Positions 38,693-46,719 of a DNA stretch of 64,000 nt are shown here, piece after piece. Position numbers and translations under genes: made by a program. The notes beneath the pieces were generated by a model. That model had not been told where the DNA came from. It saw only the letters and a program-made list of their open reading frames with translations, and did no database searches. The DNA comes from Erythrobacter sp. (lineage in GTDB: Bacteria > Pseudomonadota > Alphaproteobacteria > Sphingomonadales > Sphingomonadaceae), in assembly GCA_009993635.1 (NCBI GenBank), contig JAACTC010000011.1, positions 60,089-124,088 of the forward strand, in the 5' to 3' direction. How positions within the stretch are numbered: the first letter of the stretch is position 1; every line of letters begins with the position of its first letter.

Positions 38693-39616
38693 TCAGCCGT
38701 TGAATGGGCCCAGATCTGCGATGTGGTCGCGCAGCATGTTGCAAGCCGGCGCCATAATCGCCGCGGCATCCTTCCCTGGCTCGTAGCTGTAGGGAATGGT
38801 CGTTATGCCGGTCAGATCACTCGGTAGTCTTACCTTCTCCTCGCGCGGTTCCATCAGGATGGCCCGCTTGCGTCCAAGGCGCCCCATGAAGAGCCCCAGC
38901 TCGAAGATCACGTTATCACGGGGGGCGGGCCATTTTTGGTCGCGAACCAGGGTGACATCGTCTGTGTGGGCGATCGCGATTGCGAAATCAGAATCGTCGA
39001 CCTCGGTCTCCAGGGAATCCAGCGCGTAGCTTGCCACTTTGAAGACATCGTTCGTCCAGAGGCGGACCACGAAATCGTCATGCGCAAAGGCGTTTTCGAT
39101 TATGCGCGCTACCGCCAGGGCTTCCACCGAGCAGATGATGAAGACCCGAACCTTCTCGCGGTGCTGCCCAACCTGCTTGTTTCGCTCAAGCAGGCGACGG
39201 GCCAAGGTCCTGGCTATGACCCGGTAGATGTCGGAATGCCTCGATGCGATGTCGCATATGTCTGCGTAGCTGAGCTTCGCCACCAGAGCGGCCTCTTTCG
39301 CGACGACGTCTGCCGATCGCCGCTGCGAGGGTTCGACTACGACCATCTCGCCGACATGGTCACCCCTGCCGCGTGAAGCGACTTCACGGCCGTTTATGAT
39401 GATACCGAAGTTGCCCGCCATGATCAGATAGAGATCATTGTCGTCTCCACCTTGCCTTATGATCGCTTCGCCCTCGGTAACCCCGAGCATCTCGGCCCTG
39501 TCGGCGAGTTCCTCGGCGAGTTCGCGATTTCCGCTCACAATCTGTTGCTGCAGCATGGCGTCAATCCGATTGGCGCGGCCTGCGTCGCCCTGAAAGCGTT
39601 CGGTCAATCTGCTCAC
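38693..39616 (-). CDS. cyclic-nucleotide-binding domain plus CAP12/Pycsar-type TIR-like effector
   Basis: The N-terminal CAP_ED motif reads GDDNDLYLIMAGNF...GDHVGEMVVVEPSQRRSADVVA. The C-terminal TIR-like motif reads FAIAIAHTDD...RDNVIFELGLFMGRLGRKRAILM...LPSDLTGI. Confidence 0.75.
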   Translation of the reverse strand: MSRLTERFQGDAGRANRIDAMLQQQIVSGNRELAEELADRAEMLGVTEGEAIIRQGGDDNDLYLIMAGNFGIIINGREVASRGRGDHVGEMVVVEPSQRRSADVVAKEAALVAKLSYADICDIASRHSDIYRVIARTLARRLLERNKQVGQHREKVRVFIICSVEALAVARIIENAFAHDDFVVRLWTNDVFKVASYALDSLETEVDDSDFAIAIAHTDDVTLVRDQKWPAPRDNVIFELGLFMGRLGRKRAILMEPREEKVRLPSDLTGITTIPYSYEPGKDAAAIMAPACNMLRDHIADLGPFNG

Positions 39617-40311
39617 GTGAAAGCCCTCCAGTAGGTCGAGGAATAGATTTCCTCATCGTTATGTTGGGACCATTTCCATTTGTGCCAGATGTTCTCGCCT
39701 TGGCTGCCAAGCTTTTGAGGGTCCTTGAGCCCGTCATAGACCCGCTTCGTTATCCAGGTCGCCTTGTCCGCGCTCAGTGATGTCAACTTGGCTGCGAGAT
39801 TGGCTGCGATGCCGATCCACACGAGGTCATTATCGCCCCGCACACCAGTGCGTGCAGCGCGTATTTCGGAAGTATCGATCCCGACGACGTGCCGAATCTC
39901 GGAATCGTGTTTCCAGTGCTTCTTCATCCCGGTCTTGAGGTAGTTCTTGACCGCGTAGTTGATCTCCAAAGCGCAACTGACCGCCTGGTTGCGCTGGCTG
40001 CTGGATATAAAGATTCCCATCACCCGGTCGCCGTCGTATGAGACGATCTTCCCGCCGTGCTGCCGGATCAGCCGCGATGCCGTGTAGAGGAACGTCTTGT
40101 AGACCTCGCCGGCGAATTGCCATTTCTTCGTCGCCACGAGATCCGTGGACTGGTCGAGATCCGCATATAGGATGGTGGCCTTTTCGAACCGAACCGCGTC
40201 GTTGGCTAGTTTCAGATCGCTGGCATTCGGAACCACCTGTCCGTCGCGCACGCTCCACTTGGAGCCGAAGGTGTCGGCCGCGTTCTTCTTGATATCGTCC
40301 GCAACGCTCAC
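39613..40311 (-). CDS. Pycsar-type small class III nucleotidyl cyclase (PycC-like)
   Basis: 232 aa with a single CHD: ATILYADLDQSTDL...YDGDRVMGIF...VGIDTSEIRAARTG...IGIAANLAAKL. It overlaps the downstream effector by 4 nt. Confidence 0.75.
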   Translation of the reverse strand: MSVADDIKKNAADTFGSKWSVRDGQVVPNASDLKLANDAVRFEKATILYADLDQSTDLVATKKWQFAGEVYKTFLYTASRLIRQHGGKIVSYDGDRVMGIFISSSQRNQAVSCALEINYAVKNYLKTGMKKHWKHDSEIRHVVGIDTSEIRAARTGVRGDNDLVWIGIAANLAAKLTSLSADKATWITKRVYDGLKDPQKLGSQGENIWHKWKWSQHNDEEIYSSTYWRAFT

Positions 40312-40335
40312 GCTGTTCCAATCCTTTGTCGAATT

Positions 40336-41532
40336 TTACACCTTCGGCGTTCGCTCGACGATGCCATCATCGTCGATGTCGTAACGATACAGGTGGAGCT
40401 TGCGGGTCGAGATTAGCCTAATGGCCTGCTCCACCGACGAGGGTGAGACTAGGAACCACTCCCGCGGGTCGACCTTGCGTCCGAAGCGGTCAGGTAAATG
40501 CACATCGACGCAGGCCGCTGAGAAGAACCGGTGTAGCAGCCCCTCTATTTTCTTGGGTGGGACGCCCCGAGTGTCATATTCATCGACGAGCTCCGCTTTC
40601 GACATGAGAAAGGTCGGATCGTTGTCGGCAGCGCTGAGCCTGCCTGCAGCTGATCCGGTGGTGGAACCGACCTTTACCATGTGGCTTTTCAGATCAGCCA
40701 GTGCTGGGTCTTCGGAGAGGGTTCTGGCGACATAGATGCGCCCGGTCACCGGAGCGGCCTGACCGTCGAACAGCGGGCCGGCTTGTGGTGACAGAACGCG
40801 GCGGCTGTTGTCGGCGCGGTAGAGTGCCTTACCGAAGGACCGCAGCAGATGACCGCTCTCGGTTCCGTTGTCATAGATGATGCGCAGCCTCGCGTCCTTC
40901 TGGTCACCCTTGGTTCGCGTCATCCAGGCGCCCACTTCGGCAATGTAAGCAAGCTGACCGTCGAGGATGAACATATCTCCGGCAGCGATCTGGTATGTGG
41001 AGCTGGTAGGCACGGTAGAGCGGACACCGGAGGCAATGTCCGCAATGGCCTCGTCGAAAATAGGAGCGAATTTTTCGAATTCGGCGCACGGCGTCCTTTC
41101 GGCGATCATATCCGCCTCGGCCTTCGGGACAGGAGCTGGCGTGGCCCGGAATTCGAAGATGTGATCATCGGGCGTGGCCAGAAGATCGTCATCGTCCGCG
41201 ATGAGTTCATCTAGGCTGGCCGGCACTTGATCCATTCGCCCTGCGCTTTGTTGTAGTAGCCCGTATTGATCTAGATCCCGAAGGGCGCTGACCTTATTCT
41301 CATCTTCTCGGAAGGCATTGAGCCGAACGCCTAGCCGCATTTCCTCCGGTGATCGGGACGCGGAGTCTGGAGGACGCCCATGGCGTTCTCGGAACGACAC
41401 GATCTCGAGGAACAGCCGCGCCTGATCGTCCGCCTGGGTCGCGGCCTTCTTGACCTCGGGAACGAACAGGTCATCCTTCGCGGCGATGAGCTCGTCGAGC
41501 TTCTCGTAGAACAGGTCAGCCGAGCGAGACAT
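40336..41532 (-). CDS. T5orf172 / MUG113 (GIY-YIG superfamily) domain protein with helicase-associated-like N-terminal motif
   Basis: The C-terminal part reads GRIYVARTL...MVKVGSTTGSAAGRL...IEGLLHRFF...REWFLVSPSSVEQAI. Its start overlaps the helicase stop by 1 nt. Confidence 0.7.
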   Translation of the reverse strand: MSRSADLFYEKLDELIAAKDDLFVPEVKKAATQADDQARLFLEIVSFRERHGRPPDSASRSPEEMRLGVRLNAFREDENKVSALRDLDQYGLLQQSAGRMDQVPASLDELIADDDDLLATPDDHIFEFRATPAPVPKAEADMIAERTPCAEFEKFAPIFDEAIADIASGVRSTVPTSSTYQIAAGDMFILDGQLAYIAEVGAWMTRTKGDQKDARLRIIYDNGTESGHLLRSFGKALYRADNSRRVLSPQAGPLFDGQAAPVTGRIYVARTLSEDPALADLKSHMVKVGSTTGSAAGRLSAADNDPTFLMSKAELVDEYDTRGVPPKKIEGLLHRFFSAACVDVHLPDRFGRKVDPREWFLVSPSSVEQAIRLISTRKLHLYRYDIDDDGIVERTPKV

Positions 41533-43589
41533 CAGGCTGCTTCATCCCGTTCCTTTTCCTTCTGACGCCGGATCGCAGCCGCCCTAATCCATGCCAGAGA
41601 CTCAGCCATCCGCTTCTCGATCGGATCGGGCGAATTGATGTTCGGCTCCTTTCCGTGCTGTTCCTTGAACGCACGGATGCGCGGCACTTGTGCCAGAGCT
41701 TCGGCTTCGCTGATTGTGATCTTGGTCTCGGCGAGCGTCTGGTGGATACGTCGCAAGACAGATTCGCCGAGCGACTTCGACAGTATTTCGTAGGATTGCT
41801 GGAACGGGTTCACCTGGTCGATCAGATCGATGCTGAGTTCGGGCATCGTGATGAACTTTGAAGTCAGCTTCAGAAGCTGCGCATGCGCCTTCTGGCCATC
41901 GGTCGCATCATCGTCCTCCGACGAGGCCTGGCCTGTCTCGCGGTTCGCCTGTGTGAGCTGGGCCAGAACCGCACGTCGTGCAACGACATTCTGGCGGATT
42001 GCTTCGATGTCGTCCTCGTTATCCGCGATGTCGGGATAGCGCTTGGCGATGAGGTCAGGGATCAGATGTTGATTGATCGTCTCGGCCGGGAACTCGTCGG
42101 GGATGAGGCTGGCGCGCATGACCTGATTGTCCTGCAGGACCGCGGCCATGAGATCGGTCATATCCGTCTGAATGATTTCCTCGGCACGCTTGCTGGTCGG
42201 CTCCTTCAAGCCCGTCACTTCGATGGTGGGCTCCGGCTCGAGCAGGTCGATCCGGGTAGAGGGCCGCGCGACGCCATCGAAACGATCGTCCGATGCCTTG
42301 GTCTTGAAGTTGAAATTGGGAGCGAGCACCTGCTCCATGAGTAGCGAGCAGGCGATCGCCTTGAGCATATCATTGACCGCTGTGCGCACGACCTCGTCGG
42401 CGGTATCTGGTTCCGCGATCAGATTGGTGAATTGTGCATGGCTCTTGCCCGGGGCGTCGCGTGTCGCTCGCCCAATGATCTGGACGACCTCGGTGAGCGA
42501 ACCACGATAGCCGATGGTCAGCGCATGCTCGCACCAGATCCAGTCGAAGCCCTCTTTGGCCATGCCCAGCGCGATGACAATGTCGAGGTCATCCTTTTCC
42601 TCCACGCTCCGGAGGCCGTTAAGCACCTTCTGCTGTGTGTCGGGGGTTACGAGATCGGCGATCTTGAGGATGCGACCATCGGACGTCCGAAGATGTTGGA
42701 ACCCGGTGACGGGATCGATCTCCACGACATCCCCGAGCACATCGAGGATGCTGTTCATCTCCTTGATCTTGTCGCCGAGCGCCGCTTGCGAGTTGACGTT
42801 GGGTATGTGGATGATCGTTTTCTTCGTCGGGTCCAGGACCTCGCCGATCGCGCTTAGATAGCTCCCGTGGTAGAAGTGGTAGCCAATCCCGAGCGTCTTG
42901 AGATGCTCGTAACCGGACAGCTGCTCGTAGTAGGTGTAGGTAACCCGGGTGAACTTCTCCTCGTCCTCGGGCCGGAGGACGGGAACTTGGTCGCCACGGA
43001 AGTAGGACCCGGTCATCGCCACGAGGTGGGCCGACCCTTCGCTCATCACTGAGCGGACGAGCTCACCGAGGCGATTGTCGGCGTCGGCCGAGACATGGTG
43101 GAACTCGTCCACCGCGAGCAGGCAACCGTGGAAGGCAGCGATTCCCGCATCGCTTTCCATGATCCGATCGAAGGCATGACGCAGGGTCGAATGCGTGCAG
43201 ACGATGATCTCGTCGTCGCTTTCCATGAAGCGGAGGAATGCGTTGATCTTGCCGCCTTCGCCCCCGAGCATATCGCACAGGTTGTTGCGTGGTGACACTG
43301 TCCAGTCATGGTCGAAGCCGTGCTGAGTGAGGCTGGTCGACCGGAACGAGTTGCCGATCGATTTCTCCGGCACCGCCACGATGACCTTACGGATGCCCTG
43401 ATTGTAGAGCTTGTCGAGCCCGAGGAACATGAGCGCGCGGCTCTTGCCCGAAGCCGGCGGCGACTTGATCAGAAGATACTGGGAGTTTCGAGCATCGTAG
43501 GCGCGGGCCTGCATTGCGCGCATGCCCATATCGTTCGTCGACTTGCTGGCGCCGGTGGCGCCGTATTCGACAGTGATGAAATCGGGCAT
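41532..43589 (-). CDS. SF2 DExH-box helicase (ResIII-like)
   Basis: Motif I is SPPASGKS, motif II is AVDEFHH, motif III is AMTGS and motif VI is QIIGRATR. A C-terminal extension of about 200 aa follows. Confidence 0.85.
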   Translation of the reverse strand: MPDFITVEYGATGASKSTNDMGMRAMQARAYDARNSQYLLIKSPPASGKSRALMFLGLDKLYNQGIRKVIVAVPEKSIGNSFRSTSLTQHGFDHDWTVSPRNNLCDMLGGEGGKINAFLRFMESDDEIIVCTHSTLRHAFDRIMESDAGIAAFHGCLLAVDEFHHVSADADNRLGELVRSVMSEGSAHLVAMTGSYFRGDQVPVLRPEDEEKFTRVTYTYYEQLSGYEHLKTLGIGYHFYHGSYLSAIGEVLDPTKKTIIHIPNVNSQAALGDKIKEMNSILDVLGDVVEIDPVTGFQHLRTSDGRILKIADLVTPDTQQKVLNGLRSVEEKDDLDIVIALGMAKEGFDWIWCEHALTIGYRGSLTEVVQIIGRATRDAPGKSHAQFTNLIAEPDTADEVVRTAVNDMLKAIACSLLMEQVLAPNFNFKTKASDDRFDGVARPSTRIDLLEPEPTIEVTGLKEPTSKRAEEIIQTDMTDLMAAVLQDNQVMRASLIPDEFPAETINQHLIPDLIAKRYPDIADNEDDIEAIRQNVVARRAVLAQLTQANRETGQASSEDDDATDGQKAHAQLLKLTSKFITMPELSIDLIDQVNPFQQSYEILSKSLGESVLRRIHQTLAETKITISEAEALAQVPRIRAFKEQHGKEPNINSPDPIEKRMAESLAWIRAAAIRRQKEKERDEAA

Positions 43590-43602
43590 GCTACTCTCCG
43601 GT

Positions 43603-46335
43603 TCAGGCGGCTTTTGCCGCTTTCTTGGTCATACGGGCGTAAAGCTTGAACAGGTGCTCGAGGCGCTCAGTATCGTCCTTAAATTGACGTCCGATATAGA
43701 TTGTCTCGAGATAGTCATCGAGGTTCCGGTGGGCTTGAAGAAGGTCGTCCGGCATTGTCTTAGGATTATATAGCCAACCCAAGGTTTTGCCGTCGGCTAC
43801 GTAAGGCTCTCTCGTCCGGACGATGCCAAGTGCATGTTCCTCAAGGTTCACTTTCTGCTCGTGGGAGAGTGATGGCATCGGAAAGTTGTTGTAGACCAGT
43901 GTGTTCGAATACCGATAATCGCTCTTCAGTCTTCCACCGACTGTAGCGAGCCAGACCGCATGAATTCTTGTCGACAGGACTGAAAGAAGCCACGTTGGCG
44001 GATCGTAAATTGCCAAAGCCGCATCATTGATAATGACTGTCTCCGAAAGAAAGCCGCAAGGCAGGTAAAGCCTATTTTCAGAAGAGACACGAGGGACGAT
44101 TATCGCAGGCTTTCCGTAATCTTGGATCTGAATGAAGCGATGCGCAGTGTCAGCCTTAGCCCGCGTGGTGGGAGCTTTAGCCTGCAGACGAAAAGCACGA
44201 CTCGCAGCTACTCGCTCTGCGATTAAAGGAATTGATAAAGCTTCGTCGAAGTCAGCATCTTCAATCCACAGACAGTATCTTTCCTTGCTCTGGAGGTAAT
44301 CCTTGGAGCCATAATACCGTTTTATAAACTTGGAGGAATCTGGATTCCTATCTCGCATTTCACGAGCCTCGTCGGGTGTCAGTATCAGACCCCCTCCATC
44401 AGATGCCATATTGCCTTTTTCCATCCGAGGCAGGCCGCTAAGATTTAAGGATGAACGACCCACCCAGACGGTGTCCATCTCAATAAGATACGGACCGATG
44501 TTTCTTACTTGTCTGGAGCTATCGTGAGATATGACGCGCCTATTGATATTCGATCTTGGGGAGATCGCAACGATTACACATATTACAGCGGCATTCTTAG
44601 CCGCATTGTTTCGCCATTTGAACGCTTCATGAGCGAATAGAACCTGGCTACCATGGTCAAAGACTGCCGGCCATAACAAGGCGACCTGTTCACCTTGCGC
44701 GATGCTGTTGGTTGCGACGAACGCTGACTCTGCGCCAGACCTTTCGCCATATTCTGCTGCTTTTAGGAACCATCCAGCTACATAGTCTAAATTTTTATAG
44801 TTGACCTTGTAGGGGGTAAAAACCGCTCGCAGATCGCTTTTTTGCTCGGGCGTCTGCATGCTGCTGCCAAGATAGGGTGGATTTCCAACGACGTAAATTT
44901 CAGCCTCTTTCTCTCGAGGACACACCTCTGACCAGTCGACGCGCAGAGCATTACCAACAACGATGCTGCCTGCATCCGTAAGCGGCAGTGCCGGCGTCGG
45001 CGCCGAGCAGATCTCGTCCAGCTTGCGGTTCATCTGATATTGCGAAATCCACAGCGACAGCTTGGCGGTCTCGCAGGCGAAATCAACCGGGTCGATGCCA
45101 TAGAAGTTGCTGATCTTGATGCCGGTCTGGTAATCGGCCAGTTGCAACTGACCCTTGCGTTTTACGTCACGCATGCGCCGGAAAGCCTCGGTCTCGATCA
45201 GCCGCAGCTCCCGATAGGCGATGATCAGGAAATTGCCCGATCCGCATGCGGGGTCGAACACGCGGATGCGCGAAATGCGCTCGACCAGCTTCTCGAGCGC
45301 CTTCACGTTGTCGCCGGCGGCAGTGAGCTGTTCACGAAGGGAGCCAAGGAACAACGGCTCCAGAACCTTCATGATGTTGGGCACGGAGGTGTAGTGCATG
45401 CCGAAGTCGGCGCGCATATCGGTCTGCACGATGGCCTGGATCATCGAGCCGAAGATATCGGCATGGATCTGGTCCCAGTGCAGCTCTGCCGCCTCGAGCA
45501 GCAGTCGCCGGGCTTTCCGGTTGAATTCGGGTATCTCGGTGTGATCGCGGAAAAGCCCGCCATTCACATAGGGGAAGTCGGCTGCGATACGCTGCGAGCG
45601 GACTCCTTGATCGGCCCGGGCGTCCTTGTCGGCCAAGTCGAGGGCAAGGAACACATCCTCGATGACGCGCTTGGTGTCCGATCCATCGACCTTCATCGCT
45701 TCGCGACGGAGGGTGTTGAGGAACAGCTTGTCGGTGAAGATGCCTGTGTCTTCTGCGAACATGCAGAACAGTAGCCGTGTCATGAACAGGTTGAGGTCGT
45801 GGACCTTGTCTGCGCCCCAGGTCGGATTGGCATCACGGATGGCGTCGTGGAACTTGGCCATGTGCCTCGCGGCCTTGACGTCGGCGGCAGTCTCAGGGGC
45901 AGGCTTGAACCGCTCCACGCCGAACATCGGAAGCAGGAAGTCGTAGTTGACCGGGAGCTCGGCCAGCTTATCGAAGCTGGGGGTCTCGTCGTTCTTGAGA
46001 TCGACGGCGAGAAATTCGTCACCGTCCGTGCTCATCACGAACCGAGGCGCATTCTTCGCAGAGCGCCCCTTCTTACCGACCAGCGAAGCCTTCAACGAAG
46101 TGACTGTATCCTGGACTTCGCCCTTCTGCGCCGCGCGGTAGAGGAGCTTTTTGGGCCAAAGAATGTCGGCGTCCACGAGCCCTTCGGGATGCTTCATCCT
46201 CAGCTTGTTGACCTCGTTCCTGGAAGCCTCGTAGGCCTCCATCAGCCTGAAGGGAAACTCGTGCAGCGAGCAGTTTTCCGCCGACACGTCGGCAACCAGC
46301 AGATCCAGCTGCTTCTCGATTTCGATTGTGTTCAT
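43603..46335 (-). CDS. MmeI/PglX-like gamma-class N6-adenine DNA methyltransferase (911 aa; N-terminal nuclease motif apparently degenerate)
   Basis: Motif I is VFDPACGSGNFLI and motif IV is VVGNPPYLG. The N-terminal region is MmeI-like and there is a large C-terminal TRD-like region. The start at MNTIEIE (46335) overlaps the upstream stop (ATGA). The track start at 46455 is an extension. Confidence 0.85.
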   Translation of the reverse strand: MNTIEIEKQLDLLVADVSAENCSLHEFPFRLMEAYEASRNEVNKLRMKHPEGLVDADILWPKKLLYRAAQKGEVQDTVTSLKASLVGKKGRSAKNAPRFVMSTDGDEFLAVDLKNDETPSFDKLAELPVNYDFLLPMFGVERFKPAPETAADVKAARHMAKFHDAIRDANPTWGADKVHDLNLFMTRLLFCMFAEDTGIFTDKLFLNTLRREAMKVDGSDTKRVIEDVFLALDLADKDARADQGVRSQRIAADFPYVNGGLFRDHTEIPEFNRKARRLLLEAAELHWDQIHADIFGSMIQAIVQTDMRADFGMHYTSVPNIMKVLEPLFLGSLREQLTAAGDNVKALEKLVERISRIRVFDPACGSGNFLIIAYRELRLIETEAFRRMRDVKRKGQLQLADYQTGIKISNFYGIDPVDFACETAKLSLWISQYQMNRKLDEICSAPTPALPLTDAGSIVVGNALRVDWSEVCPREKEAEIYVVGNPPYLGSSMQTPEQKSDLRAVFTPYKVNYKNLDYVAGWFLKAAEYGERSGAESAFVATNSIAQGEQVALLWPAVFDHGSQVLFAHEAFKWRNNAAKNAAVICVIVAISPRSNINRRVISHDSSRQVRNIGPYLIEMDTVWVGRSSLNLSGLPRMEKGNMASDGGGLILTPDEAREMRDRNPDSSKFIKRYYGSKDYLQSKERYCLWIEDADFDEALSIPLIAERVAASRAFRLQAKAPTTRAKADTAHRFIQIQDYGKPAIIVPRVSSENRLYLPCGFLSETVIINDAALAIYDPPTWLLSVLSTRIHAVWLATVGGRLKSDYRYSNTLVYNNFPMPSLSHEQKVNLEEHALGIVRTREPYVADGKTLGWLYNPKTMPDDLLQAHRNLDDYLETIYIGRQFKDDTERLEHLFKLYARMTKKAAKAA

Positions 46336-46652
46336 GATTCGCGCGCGCGGGTCCGTTTGGCCAAGGTCTGAGCGCCGTGAGCGTCGGCAGCTATTTGCGA
46401 TACTTCGTCTGCCTTCGGGATTGGCAGCAGGTCGGTGCCAATGGCGACCATACACTGCGCAAAGAAAGAGGCGGTGAACCGCCCACGGGCCACCTTGTTA
46501 CGCAGATTGGCTACGTTGTCGCTCACCCCGATGGCAGCGAGCTTATCGACCAGAACTTCGTAAGAGACCCCCTTACGCATCATTTCAGCGCGCAGGAGGT
46601 TCTTCACCAATTGGTCCCACGCGGCTTCGTCTATCTGTTCGATTTCCTTCAT
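46332..46652 (-). CDS. small DUF6471-like HTH protein
   Basis: MKEIEQIDEAAWDQLVKNLLRAEMMRKGVSYEVLVDKLAAIGVSDNVANLRNKVARGRFTASFFAQCMVAIG. It is translationally coupled to the methyltransferase. Confidence 0.6.
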   Translation of the reverse strand: MKEIEQIDEAAWDQLVKNLLRAEMMRKGVSYEVLVDKLAAIGVSDNVANLRNKVARGRFTASFFAQCMVAIGTDLLPIPKADEVSQIAADAHGAQTLAKRTRARES

Positions 46653-46719
46653 ATGGCCGTTATAGGACGCACAAGTTCCAAACGGCAAGCGTCGGCAGTT
46701 ATGTGCACCACCACAGACG

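Noticed and set aside
46336-46455. 40-codon N-terminal extension of the methyltransferase ORF, and the 43-codon extension of the HTH ORF up to 46781
   Set aside because: The extensions are Arg-rich and unstructured. The internal ATGs give native-looking N-termini (MNTIEIE and MKEIEQI). The methyltransferase ATG forms an ATGA overlap with the upstream stop.
40336-46455. Possibility that the methyltransferase-helicase cluster is a BREX or DISARM locus
   Set aside because: No PglZ, BrxC, BrxL, BrxA, BrxB, DrmB (DUF1998) or PLD-type gene lies anywhere in the element.
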